Position numbers and translations under genes: made by a program. From Eledone cirrhosa (Eukaryota): 64,000 bases of DNA. Below are positions 1 to 14,104 of this stretch, piece by piece (positions within the stretch are counted from its first letter, which is position 1; each line of letters begins with the position of its first letter). The notes under the pieces are model-generated. The model had not been told where the DNA came from and searched no databases. It saw nothing but the letters and a program-made list of their open reading frames with translations. The stretch is from the NCBI GenBank assembly GCA_964016885.1, contig OZ024742.1, positions 136,462,001 through 136,526,000 on the forward strand. The letters run 5' to 3'.

Positions 1-256
1 CTCATCTACAACTGCATTGCCAAGCCCTTCAATTGTGCATCTTGGCCAACTCCAACAACTGAAGATTCCACCCAAATCGTTTTGGCAGTCAAAGTTTGAA
101 CAACTTGACGCAGGTTTTATCAAGATCAATTTTACCATCCCTGATCACGCTGTACTAGGTATATACGGAAGGAAAAACCTACCGCCAACGCATGTCCAAT
201 TTGAGTTTTTTGAAATTTTCAGTGGCTCGAGACTGGTGAAAAGGTCACTACCTTGG
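1..256 (+). CDS. Teneurin coding exon (extracellular linker region upstream of the EGF repeats); its 5' end probably lies outside the window
   Basis: Translation ...IPPKSFWQSKF...NFTIPDHAVLGIYGRKNLPPTHVQFEFFEIFSGSRLVKRSLPW matches the teneurin GxYGRxxxPPTHxQ(Y/F)xF motif. Donor GTACGT at 257, phase 0. Confidence 0.9.
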
Positions 257-614
257 GTACGTCTTTTGAGAATTTTATTTCATTTTGTTATATTTCTTTT
301 TATTTTACATATTAGTGGAACTTGGATTTTACTGTCAGAAAAGGAAGGACTATGTCCACAAATCATTTTAGTAGAATTTGAATCAAAACGTAAAGATTTC
401 TGTCTTTGAATCAAAAACTATTTTATACACACACACACACACAATGGCTAGGATTCTTCACAGCTCTAATTTGCAGTGCCCAAAAAATGTACTCTTTTTA
501 TCTACACTAGCACATTCTTAGCCATGACATGCATTAAAACTTTTGATAAAGATAAAACTGATTGATCTTCATTGGATAATGTTTATGATGTCACTGGCTT
601 TGTTGATAGTAATG

Positions 615-815
615 GTTTCTGATCTAGGCACAAGGCGAACTATTTTGTGGGGAGGTGAAAGTCGATCAAATCAACCTGAGTACATTACTGGTGCTTTATT
701 TTATCAACCTCATAAGGATGAAAGGCAGGAATTGATCTCAGAATGCAAAGGACCATAACTATATGCTTGCGAAGCATAATGTCCGATGCTCTAATGATAC
801 TGCCATTCCACCACC
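615..815 (-). mobile_element. Degenerate tRNA-derived SINE (family A)
   Basis: Shares GGCACAAGG...ACTGGT...TTTATC...AGGATGAAAGGCA with many other copies in the window. Confidence 0.65.
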
Positions 816-923
816 ATTGTTGAAAATAGTGATACACATAAAATTGCTAGGAATGAAATTGCTGATAATGAATATTTGGATGATAATTATGCTTATCTTT
901 TGTACTTTTTATGTTCATTACAG

Positions 924-1044
924 AGAGATAGCGTGGGTAAGAACACAGCCATCATTCAATACTTGACCGCTGGAGTTTGGTACTTTGCCATCTACAATGA
1001 CAACAACAAGCCGCAAAAGGTGGCATTTGTCACCAATGTGAAAG
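924..1044 (+). CDS. Teneurin coding exon (RDSVGKNTAIIQYLTAGVWYFAIYNDNNKPQKVAFVTNVK)
   Basis: Acceptor TTACAG ending 923, donor GTAGAT at 1045. Phase 0 in, phase 1 out. Matches the teneurin IQYLxxGxWxxAxYND motif. Confidence 0.9.
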
Positions 1045-1320
1045 GTAGATATATTTACTATTACACTTCCTGTGTGTGTGTGTGGGTGTAAGTGAAATGA
1101 AAGAACACTTACTTAACTCTGTATTTGTATGTGAGTGTCTAGGAATATTTGTGTGTATATGCATATGTGCTTACCTATGTCTTTTATTTGTGTGTATAAT
1201 GTATATGTGTTTACCTATGTAAGGATATGTGTGTGTATAATGCATATGTGTTTACCTATGTAAGAATATGCATTTATGTGCAAGAGTATATGTGCTACTA
1301 TACTATACTTGTGTGTATGT

Positions 1321-1388
1321 ATTGAATTTGGGATCGTCTGTATGATTGAATTTGGGATCGTCTGTTTGATTGAATTTGAGATATTCTG
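1321..1388. repeat. 24-bp tandem repeat, about 2.8 copies
   Basis: ATTGAATTTGGGATCGTCTGT(A/T)TG repeated. Confidence 0.8.
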
Positions 1389-2051
1389 TTTGTATTTTTC
1401 GAAGGTTTGTCATTATACTTTTTAATATTGAGTGGAGTTTGATGAAATATTTTAGCATAAAAATACTTTACTTTCCAATATTTAATTATTCTGGATTTTG
1501 GCTTCCAATCCTCTAGAGTTAACAAAAATAAGCATCGGTTATCTACTCTGCCAATCCAATTAATTATAGCTTCCCACTATCCTAAAAAAAAATTTAAAAA
1601 AATTGCTTAGCTCTCTCTGAGTTGAAAATAATCATGTGTTGGAATGGTTGAGGGTATGTTTTGCTGGAATATTTGTCACTTTGTCTTTCATATTTCTTGT
1701 GCTAGTCAAATAAATACTGCTAATACACTAGGTTCATTAACAATTCAGTATTGTGCATGGAATGGGATAGCCCTCTCTTGGTTTTGTTGATGGTCGCTCC
1801 AGTTGTAACTGACGCACTATTTTACAGATGTGTACCCATAATATAATTCTCAGGGAGATGTAACACATGTGATAAGGCTGGCCTATTGAATCCAATGGAT
1901 TTACAAGATAACACACAGTGGGATTGAACTTCGGACTTTAAAATTGTAACTGAAATGTTCAGTCATGCTGCATCCCTTTGTGCAAAGTCAAACTAATTTA
2001 TCCTCATTTATCCCAAGCTATAGTGGAATCAATTTTAGTGTATTCCTGTAA

Positions 2052-2239
2052 ATAATTGTTTCTACTTTAGGCACAAGGCCAGCAATTACTCAGTGCATTA
2101 CTGGTACTTTTATTTTATCGACCCCGTAAGGATGAAAGGCAAAGTCAACCTCGGCGGGATTTGAACTCAGATCGTAAAGGGACGTAACTATGCTGGAAAG
2201 CATGGCATCCGACACTCTACCGATACTGCCAATCCACCA
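2052..2239 (-). mobile_element. tRNA-derived SINE (family A)
   Basis: Near-identical to copies at 28440, 44100 and 50057. Its reverse complement has a B-box-like GAGTTCAAATCCC. Confidence 0.8.
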
Positions 2240-2289
2240 GTGGTCAATGACAATGCCTATCACCAAAGCTTTTGGTGGTTGCTACAAAT

Positions 2290-2652
2290 GAATGCTAAGA
2301 AGAATAAAAAAACATCAAACCTCTTTACTGTTACAAACAAAATTCTCTATGACAACCTCCTGTCCATTATCCATACCACCTATGTCAGGAGACTCTAACA
2401 TCTTCATCATTTTCATGAGAGGCAAAGAACCTGTTACAAAACGTTTACTATGGAAGCCCAATAATGTGAAATGCAAATGCAGAAGATTTCTCAAGACATT
2501 TAAGAGAGTCATCGAGGAAGATACAAAATTATATGGTGAAGAACTGAAGTAGTTAATGCTTGATCCTGTGAGATGGAAAGGTTTTATCATATCACCACAA
2601 AGAAGTAGATGGATTTAGTTACAGTAGTTTTAGTAATAGTAGTAGTAGTAGT
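2290..2652 (+). mobile_element. Degenerate RTE LINE 3' end with (GTA)n tail
   Basis: RGKEPVTKRLLWKP...KTFKRVIEEDTKL resembles the RTE ORF C-terminus and is followed by a short tandem tail. Confidence 0.5.
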
Positions 2653-5600
2653 GTCCGAACCCCAAAGCCTTATGTTTGTAAGACACCAAGAAATGGATAT
2701 TGTGATATTTGTACTTTACCCAAAAACTTTACTAAAGACAATCTCACACTGTTTCTTTGCAATCAATTTGCCATGTGTATTATAATACACATTTTAGGAG
2801 TTTATTTTTAGCATTAACATTGCTTCAGCCATTTACATTCAGAGGCTGCTGCCTCATCCAATAACACTTGTTAAAATTGTCATCTTAGTTTTCAATATTC
2901 CCCCCATTTTTTGTGTGTGGGTGGTTTTTTTTATGGCTTGTTTTTCCATCGCCCACTACAAACATGAAAGCCCACACACATTCAAAATATTCATTTGGCA
3001 TTTATTTTATTTCAAACAAACTTGTTACATTTGAGTGGAATTTAAATAGGCAAAACAGAAAAAAACTGTAAAATAAAAACACCCTCCGAAAAGAAAAAAA
3101 ACACTTGGCAGTAATCATGGCAAATTACATATCCTGATTATACCACCAGACTATCAAAGATATTAAGCATGTTAGCTTTTAATCACAGTAGTCTTGGCTT
3201 ACTGGTTAGTTATCTCGGTCATTTAGTAATTACAGACACTTTACAGTTCTTTTGAAAATTGTAGCCACTTTACAATGAATGATGACAATTGTCATGGTGA
3301 TGCTAGAGTTGGTGTAATTTACATTAATACTGTTGTTGTTACAACAAGTAGTGGCAGTCGTGCTGGTAAGGCTTGTAGTAATAGTAGTGTTGATAATTTG
3401 ATAGTAGCTTTAGTAATGGTAATATTTTTCTTTTAATTATTTTTTGCCTCTCCGTTGATTGGATCTCAACTACTCTACTACACTAGCATAAAAAAAGACA
3501 ACTTGAGAATATAGAAGCAATATAAGGTTTGTAAAGAAAATTATAGAAGAAAAGGAAATGGTCTTATTAGATTTGATGATGATGATGATGATGATAATAA
3601 AGAAGTGTGACAGTGTTAGAAGAAAGGAAGTGGATGGCAATGTTATAAACATGCTCACTGCCTTTATTCATTTTCCTCTATTTTACAATGCAAGTTAACA
3701 TAGGAATGGGTTGTCTTGATCAACAAATTTAAACATTTATTTCTAGTGTATTTTTGTACTAATCCTTTGGCAGCCTCTTCTATCTTACTTGCCAATGCTG
3801 ACTGTTATGGTTAACTTTTGCCAGGGAGATATAAGTAGATACAGCATGTATAACTGTGTTATAAAAATATTGCACATTGTAATGAAAGTAGTATATTTGT
3901 TTCTGTTATAGGCATTGCACAGCCCTATAAAGCAATATACTTGCCTAAGTCTAGAGAATAATTAGTTGTTTGCCAGTCCTAGGTATAATGTTATACTTGA
4001 ATTAGATCCCTTACATCTTAATTTGAAACAATGTACATCTTAATATATTAATCTTAAGCTTATAGGCTACTGGACTTAAGCTGTAACTCAATTTAACATC
4101 ACCACATGACGTATTAAAGCCTTTAGTAAGGTCCAAACTTGTGCAAGTATTCAGCTAGTTCTCCAGTCTGATACATGCTTCCTGCTACTGCTATCTATGA
4201 GTTGTGTTTATTTTACTTCCCTTCCCAAACACTATTCTCAGAGTTTCTTCTCTTCTTAGTAAGCCATACAATTCTATATACATCTTTCACTACACAGAAT
4301 ATCAGGCATCTATATATTCTTCTTGATTTACCTTCCATGTTCTACTGCCCATTAGGCCATCTGCTGAGGGTTCTATGGGATGGCAGTTTTATCCCTTGCT
4401 CAACCTTTCTCTGTTTCTCTGTTTCTGAAAAAAAAGATCATTATTAGTGATAGGACTTTCAAGGCTGACCCCTGCTCTTGATCAGGGAAGATGTGCTTAA
4501 AATACTTCTGGCTAGTATATATATTTTTTAACTTAAGGTGCTAATATAATGTTAAACAACAATCAATATTCCTAGATCCTTAAACATGAAGATATATATA
4601 TATATGTGTGTACGTGTGTGTGTGTGTGTGTGTGTGCGCGCAATAAAATTTTGTGCTGAAACGCATTATTCAGATATGATCATTGTGTATTTGTGGATAA
4701 ATATTTTACTGGTACATTGAACAGGTCATATCAGTACATAATAGATTCCTTACAGGTGTGTAGCTCCTTTATTAGATTAGTTTAGTTAAAATCTAATTGC
4801 TAATTAATAAATTAGAAAGTCTTAAGGATTATTTCATGATATTCTCCATACCAATGGATTTAAGATAATGATCAGTATACTAACTTCCATAGATTTTTGA
4901 ACAGATAATTTAAATTCACAACTTAGTATCCAAACTGCATTTGAATGTGGTTGCTCTATATATGTTAGATGCATGCATATGTCTGTGTGTATTTTTGGGC
5001 CTGCCTTTGATCTATTTTTGTTATATTAATCATGTTTTTAAATGATCTAAAATACTGGCAATTCATAAAATAAATCATTGGTAGATTTACAATAGTTTTC
5101 AGTGGTAAATTTTATATGTACTTAGAGTATTATGAGCCATTTCACCCCACTTTCAATGTATGCCAGTTTCTTATGTAAATGAATGTGTATGCATACATAC
5201 ACTCATATGAACAGATGCACACACACATATATTGAATTTGGTATTTTATTTGTTTATAAAATCTTGTGGTTGCTTAATTACATATTACTGTTTTATTTAT
5301 TTTAAAATTTAATTATGAAACTTATTTTTTTTCTTTAGCTAGTTTGTTTATTTATTGATATATTTAGTTTTAATATTATAATATTTTATTATAGAAATGG
5401 ATACTAACACAATTACAGAATGCATTGATGATTTAATTATAGAATACAATAATTTAATCAGAAAACACAAAGATAGATTAATTGCAAAATCTTGCTGGAG
5501 AACAATGGCAACAGTAACAAACACAACAACATCAGCAGTAATAAATGAATACATAATATAATAAAACATAAAATTAAATAAAATTCAAGAACTGCATTCT

Positions 5601-7504
5601 ATTGTTTGTGAAAACTTGCATTGTTCCTATATTTAGTGTGCAGATGTAAACACTCTCTCACACATATACAGACATGCACATGCACACACATATTTATCAA
5701 TTTGTATGTCTTTGTGCATGCATCACACACACATGCCTACCATGAGGTCACTTTGGACTCATAGCTTCTTGGTAAATGTTATTTATATTCCTGAACCTTT
5801 ATAATGCAAATAACATTTAGATTGATTCCAAGGAATAGCTATATAAGGTTGTGCCTGAAATATCTTTGGCATAAATTAGTTGCAATCAACAGGATTGCTT
5901 TATTTATTGGTTTTATGTTGTTCCTTTAGAGCAACAAATGAATTTGCAGAAAGGAAAACAACTCTTTCTACTTGCATGAAAAATAAATTGTCTTGGTACA
6001 GAAAATGAATGAGATGTTTTGTCCTCAATCCTGGGCATGTACATAGAAAAAAAACAAAAAAAACACAATTATATTGACTGAGGTCAGGATAATGGGTCTG
6101 CAGGTCGAACGTATTAAGTCTTTGCCATAAGTGGCATAACAAATTAAATGGATCTCAACTGAGAATTTAATCCACATCTTGATCTCAGTTGGCTTCAAAC
6201 TTATTGATTTTTCCATTGTGCTCGCCAAACAAAATACAAGTTGTATACATTCAACAGTGTTCTAAACAGGTGTATTATTTAACCCATTAATTACCATATT
6301 TCTATTGAAAATATGGTTTATCATTTTCAATACAATTTTGAAAATAAGAATTAGGAAAGACTTTGTAAAATACCTTAGCAGTATAATTAAAATTTCTATT
6401 ATATATCTGCTGTTTGGGGCATGACTTAAAAAAGGTTTTTACATAAAATTATGATGGATGGTTTTTAGAGAAATATAAACATTTTAAAACAGATTTGCAT
6501 CATAAACTGAGGCAGTTTCAGACAGGGTTGGCATGGAAAGTGTTAATGGCAGTCGTAGTATTACATTCTAGATATTTGCTGTTGAAAATTCTATTTGGGT
6601 GTAAGATAATGGTGGTGGAGGACTTATTAGATTTAGAAAGATTAGTATAGTTCTGGCCATTCTTGTGTCATCCATAGTTCTGTAAGTGATATATTGAAAA
6701 TTAAATGAATAATTTCTACTTTGATATATAGGATCTTAAATGTGACCAAAATTAACTTGCTTGAAATGCCATTTTCCAAGTTATAAAGACATATAATGAA
6801 TAACATAAAACAAAATCCCCAGTGGAGTCTGCTGTATGAAGGCAATTAAGTTAAATACAAGCAAACATTTAAAGTAACAAGTCAAAACTGAATTTTTTAA
6901 ATCAAATGAAATTATTTTCTGTATGAAAAGTAATTAGTTTAAATGAAAAGTTACCTCAAAATTGTAAGTAAAAGCAAAAAAAAACTCTGAAACTTCAATT
7001 GACCTGATATTAGATATATACAGCGTGAGAGATGGACATGAAGAGAGCGGGTCTGATCTTTGTTAGCTATTGTGATAATTCAGTTGAATGTAGTCAGTAC
7101 TTGCTTGATGAAGGTTGGAGGAAGTCTTTCTCTACTGAGTCTCCCACAAGTTGGTTCCCACAATAGTAACTTGTGTATAACTTCCTGCTTAATTCTCCAG
7201 CAATGTCCTGCAAATCATAAACCACCGACCTTTGGGCAATAAACAGCAACTATGCAGTGGGTTAAATTCAATATACTATGCACTACAACTAAATGATTGA
7301 TGTTTTGTACTATGAGAAAAATTAATTACTGTTAATGAGATATTAGTGGCAGTAGATTTGCAGAAATGGTTCAATGTCAGGTTGAATGCTGAGTAGTATT
7401 TAGTGTCAGCTAATAACATTCTTAGGTTAAATAATTTAATCCTAGATATATGTTAAATATTTTAATACCAGTTATATTCTAAGGTTTCATTAGTCAATTA
7501 CATT

Positions 7505-7710
7505 GAGAGCGTCGAGTGGTTCAGGATTGGCGCGGTACTTGAGTCCCACCTGGGTGGTTTTCCCCACTATTGGGGATTTTATTTTGTCATATTGTTATTG
7601 TTAATTGTTTTTGTTATTGTGTATTTTTACTCGATTTTATTGTAAATACCCACTGTCCCTGTTTTTGTATTGTCCTCTATATATTGGCTATTATGGCCAA
7701 TAAATAAAAC
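7505..7710 (+). mobile_element. Probable 3' UTR fragment of an L1/Tx1-type LINE
   Basis: Same layout as the 3' end of the 15041-18156 element: T-rich tract, TGTAAA..CCC..TTGTCC, then AATAAA and an A-rich end. Confidence 0.4.
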
Positions 7711-7719
7711 CAATAACTC

Positions 7720-8078
7720 TATGCTTTGCAGAGTTATGTCCCTTTACGTTCTGAGTTCAAATCCCACCAAGGTTAACTTTGTCTTTCATCCTTATGGAGT
7801 CATTAAAATAAAGCACCAGTATAATGGGGTCGATTTAATCGACTCCCCCCCCCAAAAAATTACTGGTCTTGTGCCTATTCTAGAAATCATTATTATAATG
7901 TTGGACAAAATGCATTGCCATTTAGTTACAGTGCTCTAAGTTCTTAGTTCAAACCCAGTCAACATCAACTTTGTTTTCCATCCTTTAGTGGCTGTAATAG
8001 ACATGTTGTGGTTTCAGTGTAATTGACTACCCCTTTACAAAAATGTTTGGCCTTGTGCCTAAATTAGAAACTATTATT
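7720..8078 (+). mobile_element. Two tandem family A SINE copies
   Basis: CTGAGTTCAAATCCC...TTTCATCCTT...CTTGTGCCTA occurs twice. Confidence 0.65.
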
Positions 8079-8305
8079 GTTTTTATTATTGAAATTTGTT
8101 TCATTATATCAGATTTAATTTTTGATAGCTTAATGTATTGTTCATGTGTGTGTGTATTGTTTGATTAAATAATAAGAATGAATGATGATGGAAACAACAT
8201 TGATATTACTTCATTTTCTCTTTCTACAGGAAATTGCTATGTTGTATTCTTTTGTCTGCAGAATGAAATTTAAATTGTCTTTCTGATATTATCATTGCCT
8301 TGCAG

Positions 8306-8410
8306 GCCATCTGGACACAAACTGTCTGCATGATTGCTACCACCATGGAGAATGTAAGGACAAAAGATGTATATGTTACCCTGGATACTCTGGGAAATAC
8401 TGTGGCCAAA
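8306..8410 (+). CDS. Teneurin exon, EGF repeat 1 (HLDTNCLHDCYHHGECKDKRCICYPGYSGKYCGQ)
   Basis: Acceptor TGCAG ending 8305, donor GTAAGT at 8411. 105 bp, phase 1-1, six-Cys EGF spacing. Absent from the ORF track because it is short. Confidence 0.88.
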
Positions 8411-10299
8411 GTAAGTTGGAATATTATTATTTATTTATTTTATTTTTGATGTCAGTGTTTTTGTTTATTAGTTTATTTATGTGTTATTCTTATTTCGCTG
8501 TTTTGACAAAAATACAATCTTGATGATGTAAACAACTCTAAAGTTAATTACTAAATGGCTGCCAATATAGTTTTCATACTAAAACAACAATAAGAGAAAA
8601 ATATTTTTTCTATTGTAGATTTTTTGTTATTATGCTACACACACAATGCATGTAATTCAGGGATGGTTATTTTTTTCAATTTTTTTTCTAAATTCCTTTT
8701 TTCAATTTTCTAATTTCTAATTGATGAAACTTCCTGACTCCATAAAGCAAAATTAGAAAGAGGACAAAAAGAAAGTGAAAAAGGTGGTGGTAGTGATATA
8801 ATAGTTATGGTGGCAGTTGGAAAACTGAAAGTTTTAGCAATTCAAATTTAAATTTCAGCTTTTAATATTCCTTTGAATTTGGAGCCATTTTTCCATTTCT
8901 AACTGATTTTACTTCATGAGAATATCAAGGTTTTATTAAACTGAAACTTGATGAAGGCTAAAAGAAAAAAAAAATTAATTAATATGGTATTCAACGTTTA
9001 TTGTTTTAATTAAGCCAACATTTCATGTGTATTTCACTCATTTTTGGAAGGGGACCTAATATTTAGAGTTGTTTTTTCCTGGCAAGTAACTGGATCTGAG
9101 TGTATATGTTAAAACTAAAGCATTGAAGAATCATTGAGTCATTCAAATGACATATAAAAACATTGGAATATTCTTTACATTTATTATTTACTTCTTTGTG
9201 CTGCACTGTTTATGGCATGGTTGTTGACACAGTTTATTTATATAAACTAACTTTCTGAATCTACCTAAATCTTCTAATGTCTGAATTGCATTTAAACCAA
9301 TTTAAAATGGGAACTGAAAAAGGCAGAGTGGTCTGATATTATGTAACATCTCAGTTTGATTGACTAACATCAACAAACACCATACGTATGGTTGTTGCTG
9401 TTGTAAGCTCAGAGCTACTAATAATTTTATTTTATTTAAAAATCAATGGCTAAATCTTAAATACAACACTGACCAAATGTAAATAACATATGTTGTTCTT
9501 ATTTATTATTTTGGTTAGTCCAATTTTGATATCATTTTTGTAATAATTCATTTATTAGATATATATTAGACATTTCTTAACACCTGAGCACTGTACACAA
9601 TAATTTCATTATTTAGTATATTTATCTGTTTTGCGAGATTTACTACAAAATGAATTGATATATAATTTAGCAGAGCTTTTGAGGTTATTACCTCTTTTAA
9701 AATGAGATGACTGTTATATGAATATATACATATTTATTCATATATCTATTTGTCACTCTCCTGTCTCTCTTAACAAATTTCTCTCTCTCTCCCCCGCCTC
9801 TCTCTCTCCACACATACATACATAAAATGTATGTAATTCCAAATGTTTATATTTACATGCAGATTATGCACTTAAACATCTCTTTGAATTTTGTAAATCT
9901 ATATTCCTGAGTTTAGGTGTGTATGTGAGCTGTATTTGCATGCATATTTACTGTGGATCTATGAATATTAATTGTTATTGGCTACCCAGCCACTGAAAGC
10001 TTTGGGCATGTCAGAACATGTGCTATATTTTATTTACACACTATTTATGGCTTTCCTTGCTTTATGTAAATATGCATTTTTATGTTTAATCAACACCCAG
10101 GCCCAATATAACCCCCCCCCCCACACACACACACACACACATACTCCAATGCACATATGCATTAATAGTCACAAAAGCATTCAGCTATGTATGTATATAG
10201 ATATGCATGTGATACACACTATACAGTCGTTCATGTGTGAGGCATTCACACACTCACACTCAAGTAATTGGAACTTCATGATCACATCAAGACATAGCT

Positions 10300-11096
10300 T
10301 ATCATCATCATCACTTAACGTCCATTTTCCCCGCTATAGCATGAGTATGACGGGCTGTCCCTTTATGAGAGATCAGGTTGGAGGAACGTGTTCACTCACA
10401 CAGAACTGATTTTAGATTGGTTTCTAAGTCTAGATGCCCATCCTAATGCCAACCACATATACAGTGTGTGCTGGGTTTATTTTGTTAAGACACATACACA
10501 ACCACTTTACTTTGTGGGCTGAGCACTTTTTGTGGTGTTAGGAAAAGCATGCTGCATCTGTAAAAACCCAGCAACTATGAACAAGTTATGGTGTGGCCAA
10601 CTGTACATATCTCCATCCTAATGGGAACACCCAGCTCCCAAAATACGGTTCCTCAGTGAGCAGGGTACAGCACAGCTTCCTCATAATGGTGTCACACAGT
10701 TCCCCACTGTAAGCATGGTTGTTGTTAGAAAGAGCATCCACTAGATATTCATGATATGTCAGACTTTCCTCATAGAGGGATCACCCTCTCCCACACTGTA
10801 AAAGTGTTTGGTGTTAAGAAGGACATCCAGCGTCTATAAAAACCCAGCCAAAGCACTAAGTGCAAGCTATAGTGCAGCCAACTGGCCAGACAATGGTCAT
10901 GACAGTGCCACCCAGTTTCACACAATAAACGTGGTTGGTATTAGGAAAGGCATCCAGGTGTAAAAATCCCATCCAAAATACAGTTCGGTTTGAGCAAAGT
11001 ATGGTGTGGCTGACTGGCCAGACTTGTATCATAATGTTGACTACTTGTCTAACCCATGTGAGCAGGGAAAAAATGGACGTTAAACGAGGATGATGG
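10300..11096. mobile_element. Cluster of RTE-tailed SINE fragments, outer two in opposite orientation
   Basis: (CAT)n-TTAACGTCCATTTT at the left end and AAAATGGACGTTAAACG-GATGATG at the right end. Internal degenerate repeats of TGGTGTTAGGAAAGGCATCCAG..AAAACCC. Confidence 0.6.
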
Positions 11097-12199
11097 TATA
11101 TATTCCTGAGTGTGTAATGCTTCCATTTTGTGCTTAAATGATTGGATACATGCTGAAATCCAAATATGTGTGTATGTAATATATATTTGCCATATCTCTA
11201 TCTCTATTTACATACTCACACACACATTTTCAAACAAACACATGTGTCTGTCTGCATATTTTTATTTCCATATATCAAAGTCTATTTATGTCAACACTTA
11301 CGAATTCACACATAAAACGAACACATAGATCCATAGCCAGAACTGATATAGGAAATGAACCAGAGATGTTCTGTTTATGATTCTGTGACTATAAACAGTC
11401 CTTCTTGTTCTTTCTAGTATACCTTTTCATGTTATGTGAGGAAAACCTTTTTTTTCCCCCCTCCTGAAATTTCTTTGAGACAGCTGCAGCTGTTATTATT
11501 ATAGTTGGTACTGGAATGCTAATGTGTGTGTGTTTGTGTAAGCATGTGTTTGTGTATATCTGTGTGTGTGGGGGGGGGGGTCGGAATTTGGCTATCAAAG
11601 CTATGAGGGAACTAATTATGCATTTTTTCTTTCTTTATTGGATTCCTTCTCACTTATTAAAACATTTTAATTGATCAAGATACAAATTTTAAATATCAAA
11701 TGGAAACCATGTTTAAAATAAAAAATATATTGACAACAAACTGCTTGCTTACATGTCATAGTACATTTTAAAGACATAGCCTTCAGTTTTTTTGCTTGTG
11801 AGTGAGTGTGCATATGTGTATTCAATTTACATCCAGAAACTAAACGTCTAACATGCCCAAATACACAAGCAAATACACACATAGGTATACATAAACCAAT
11901 GCAAACATACACACACATACATATCTTGCAATCTTGTTATAATTCTTATATATTTTATATAAGCTCCAGTAAGTTCTGTTATGCTCTTTTACGACCCATC
12001 TAATTCTTGTCAACTTGAAAAAGCTGACATAAAATGGTGATGATCATGACTGTCCTAAATGCATTCACTGCTGTAAATCTTTATGCACTGTTTTCAATAT
12101 TTGTGTATCACACGCATGTATATGTGTTCATGTTATGTGTACATTTGTATCAGTGTTTGGTCATGGTCATAAAGTCCTGAATTTAAATTTTGGTGGCAT

Positions 12200-13660
12200 A
12201 TGGTGACTTTGTGGAAGGCATTATATTTCATGCTGTACCACCCTCTCAACAGTGTTGAGGGATGAGTTAAGTTTTGCAGAAACTTACAGCCTCTTATCTA
12301 TGGATCCCAAAGCACCCACATCAAATTTGTGTGACATAGGTAGATTTTGAAGACACCTTTTGTTGGAAAGTTTTAATAAAACCTTACTGTGCAACAGTGC
12401 ATGATCTGAGAGATAACAACAAGATTGAAAAGAGCAAGTGACTGTAATTTTGAAATCTTGTCACACATGTGTGTGAAGACATAATCAATCATGTGCCAAT
12501 CTATGGATCTAAGATGTGTCCATGTTGTCTTATGGTTTGCATGTTGTTGAAAAAAACTATTAGTGATGCTAAAATCAAATTCCTTGCAGTGTGATAGCTA
12601 TCAAAGCTGTTCATGGCTCTAACTCCATTAAACCCAAGGATGTCGAGCCATGTTTGATAGTCATTTCCAGTTCTAGCATTTAATTCTTCTATTATAATAG
12701 AGTGAAGCTGATCATAGAATGTTTCCGATATCACGCTCAGATGAATAGATAGTTGGGGACTACCAACTCACTAGTGTAACACAGTGTTTGTTTACTAGCT
12801 GCAGAGAAAGAGTCATAATATGACCACTAATACTTTGGGGAATTTTAGACCTACTGATAAAACCAACACCTGGTCTTCTTCATTTTTTCCGGAGAAGACA
12901 ATTGTGTACTACTTCTTCCATTTTCACTTATAGCTCAGATATAGATATTGAGTGTGTTGCAGAAGAGGGCTGATCTTCATTCCAGATTTGAATTGCTGTT
13001 CTGGAGTGTTCTACCATTCCAGGAACCAAATGTTAAGTGTTGTTTGTATTTCAAATGCATATTTGGATAAGAAGACAGCTGCAGATGACTGTCAGATTAA
13101 ACGGTTGAGCAAGCAATTGTTTAGGGCTCTTTTACTGCCCCTCCCCTTGTTAGGGAAAGCTGTGCTATGTCTAAAAATACCTGATTTGTTACCATCAGAG
13201 GACATGAACTGCAGAAATTGCCCATATTTTGTGTATGAATGGCCAACACCTGATGGTTGCACTTTAAGAACATCTTGCATTCATACCATTACATTGTGAA
13301 CTTTGAGTTAATGGTGGTATATCAAACAGACATAACTGGTAGAGCTGTTAATTGTTTATAGTAGTGAAGGCTTATGTTGCACGAGCCACAATTGGTAATG
13401 TTGACAACAAAGAATAAGTGCAAACGTTTTCCACGAACACAGGGAACAACAGACCTCAGGTATTTGATGGGCGTTGACAAAAGCTATTAAAGGATGGCAG
13501 GACTCTTGTCCTGCCATCCTTTAATGGCTTTTGTTTTTCATCCTGCAGGGATCCAAAAAAATCAGCCTCCTCACCAAGCAAACTTGGTGGTGCTAGCAAC
13601 CTGACCATGTAATAAGTTTTACTAGGCTACATGTTACCAGTAGTACTCATGAGTAATCTG
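12200..13660 (-). mobile_element. Heavily degraded RTE-like LINE 5' part (endonuclease region and 5' UTR)
   Basis: Fragmentary minus-strand peptides (e.g. SGIF..GRGSKRALNNCLLNRLI) resemble the APE domain. Many stops. Confidence 0.35.
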
Positions 13661-14104
13661 GCGTACATATGTATATACATACACATGAACATACACTAAT
13701 AAGTATAGCATGTAAAATATACTGTACCCTCTATGTTTACAGAGGTTATCTGCCCTTCTAGCTGGAACTTATAGATGAATATATGGACAGGGCAAACAAG
13801 AATTCAAATGTTTTGCTATAAAGTGAAGCACAAATTACATTATATAACTATTGATTGTTTGACCTATACAGTAATCTGATTTCACTTGAAGCAGCTGCAA
13901 CTCAGTCCTGTATATGTTCATAGGTATACACATTATTATATATAGTCTCAATCAAGTATATATATATGATCAATTGTTAATTCAAGCATGTTTATTTACT
14001 AGAGTATATATTAAATACTTTCCTTTGCTATGTCATCTTGGACATTCAATATCAACATCATTCTTAGAAATAGATTTACTTTCTGCTACAACCAGAAAAA
14101 TGAT

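Noticed and set aside
17-409. 130-aa ORF treated as a complete gene
   Set aside because: Only 1-256 is teneurin-like. The hydrophobic tail after the GT donor at 257 is intron read-through.
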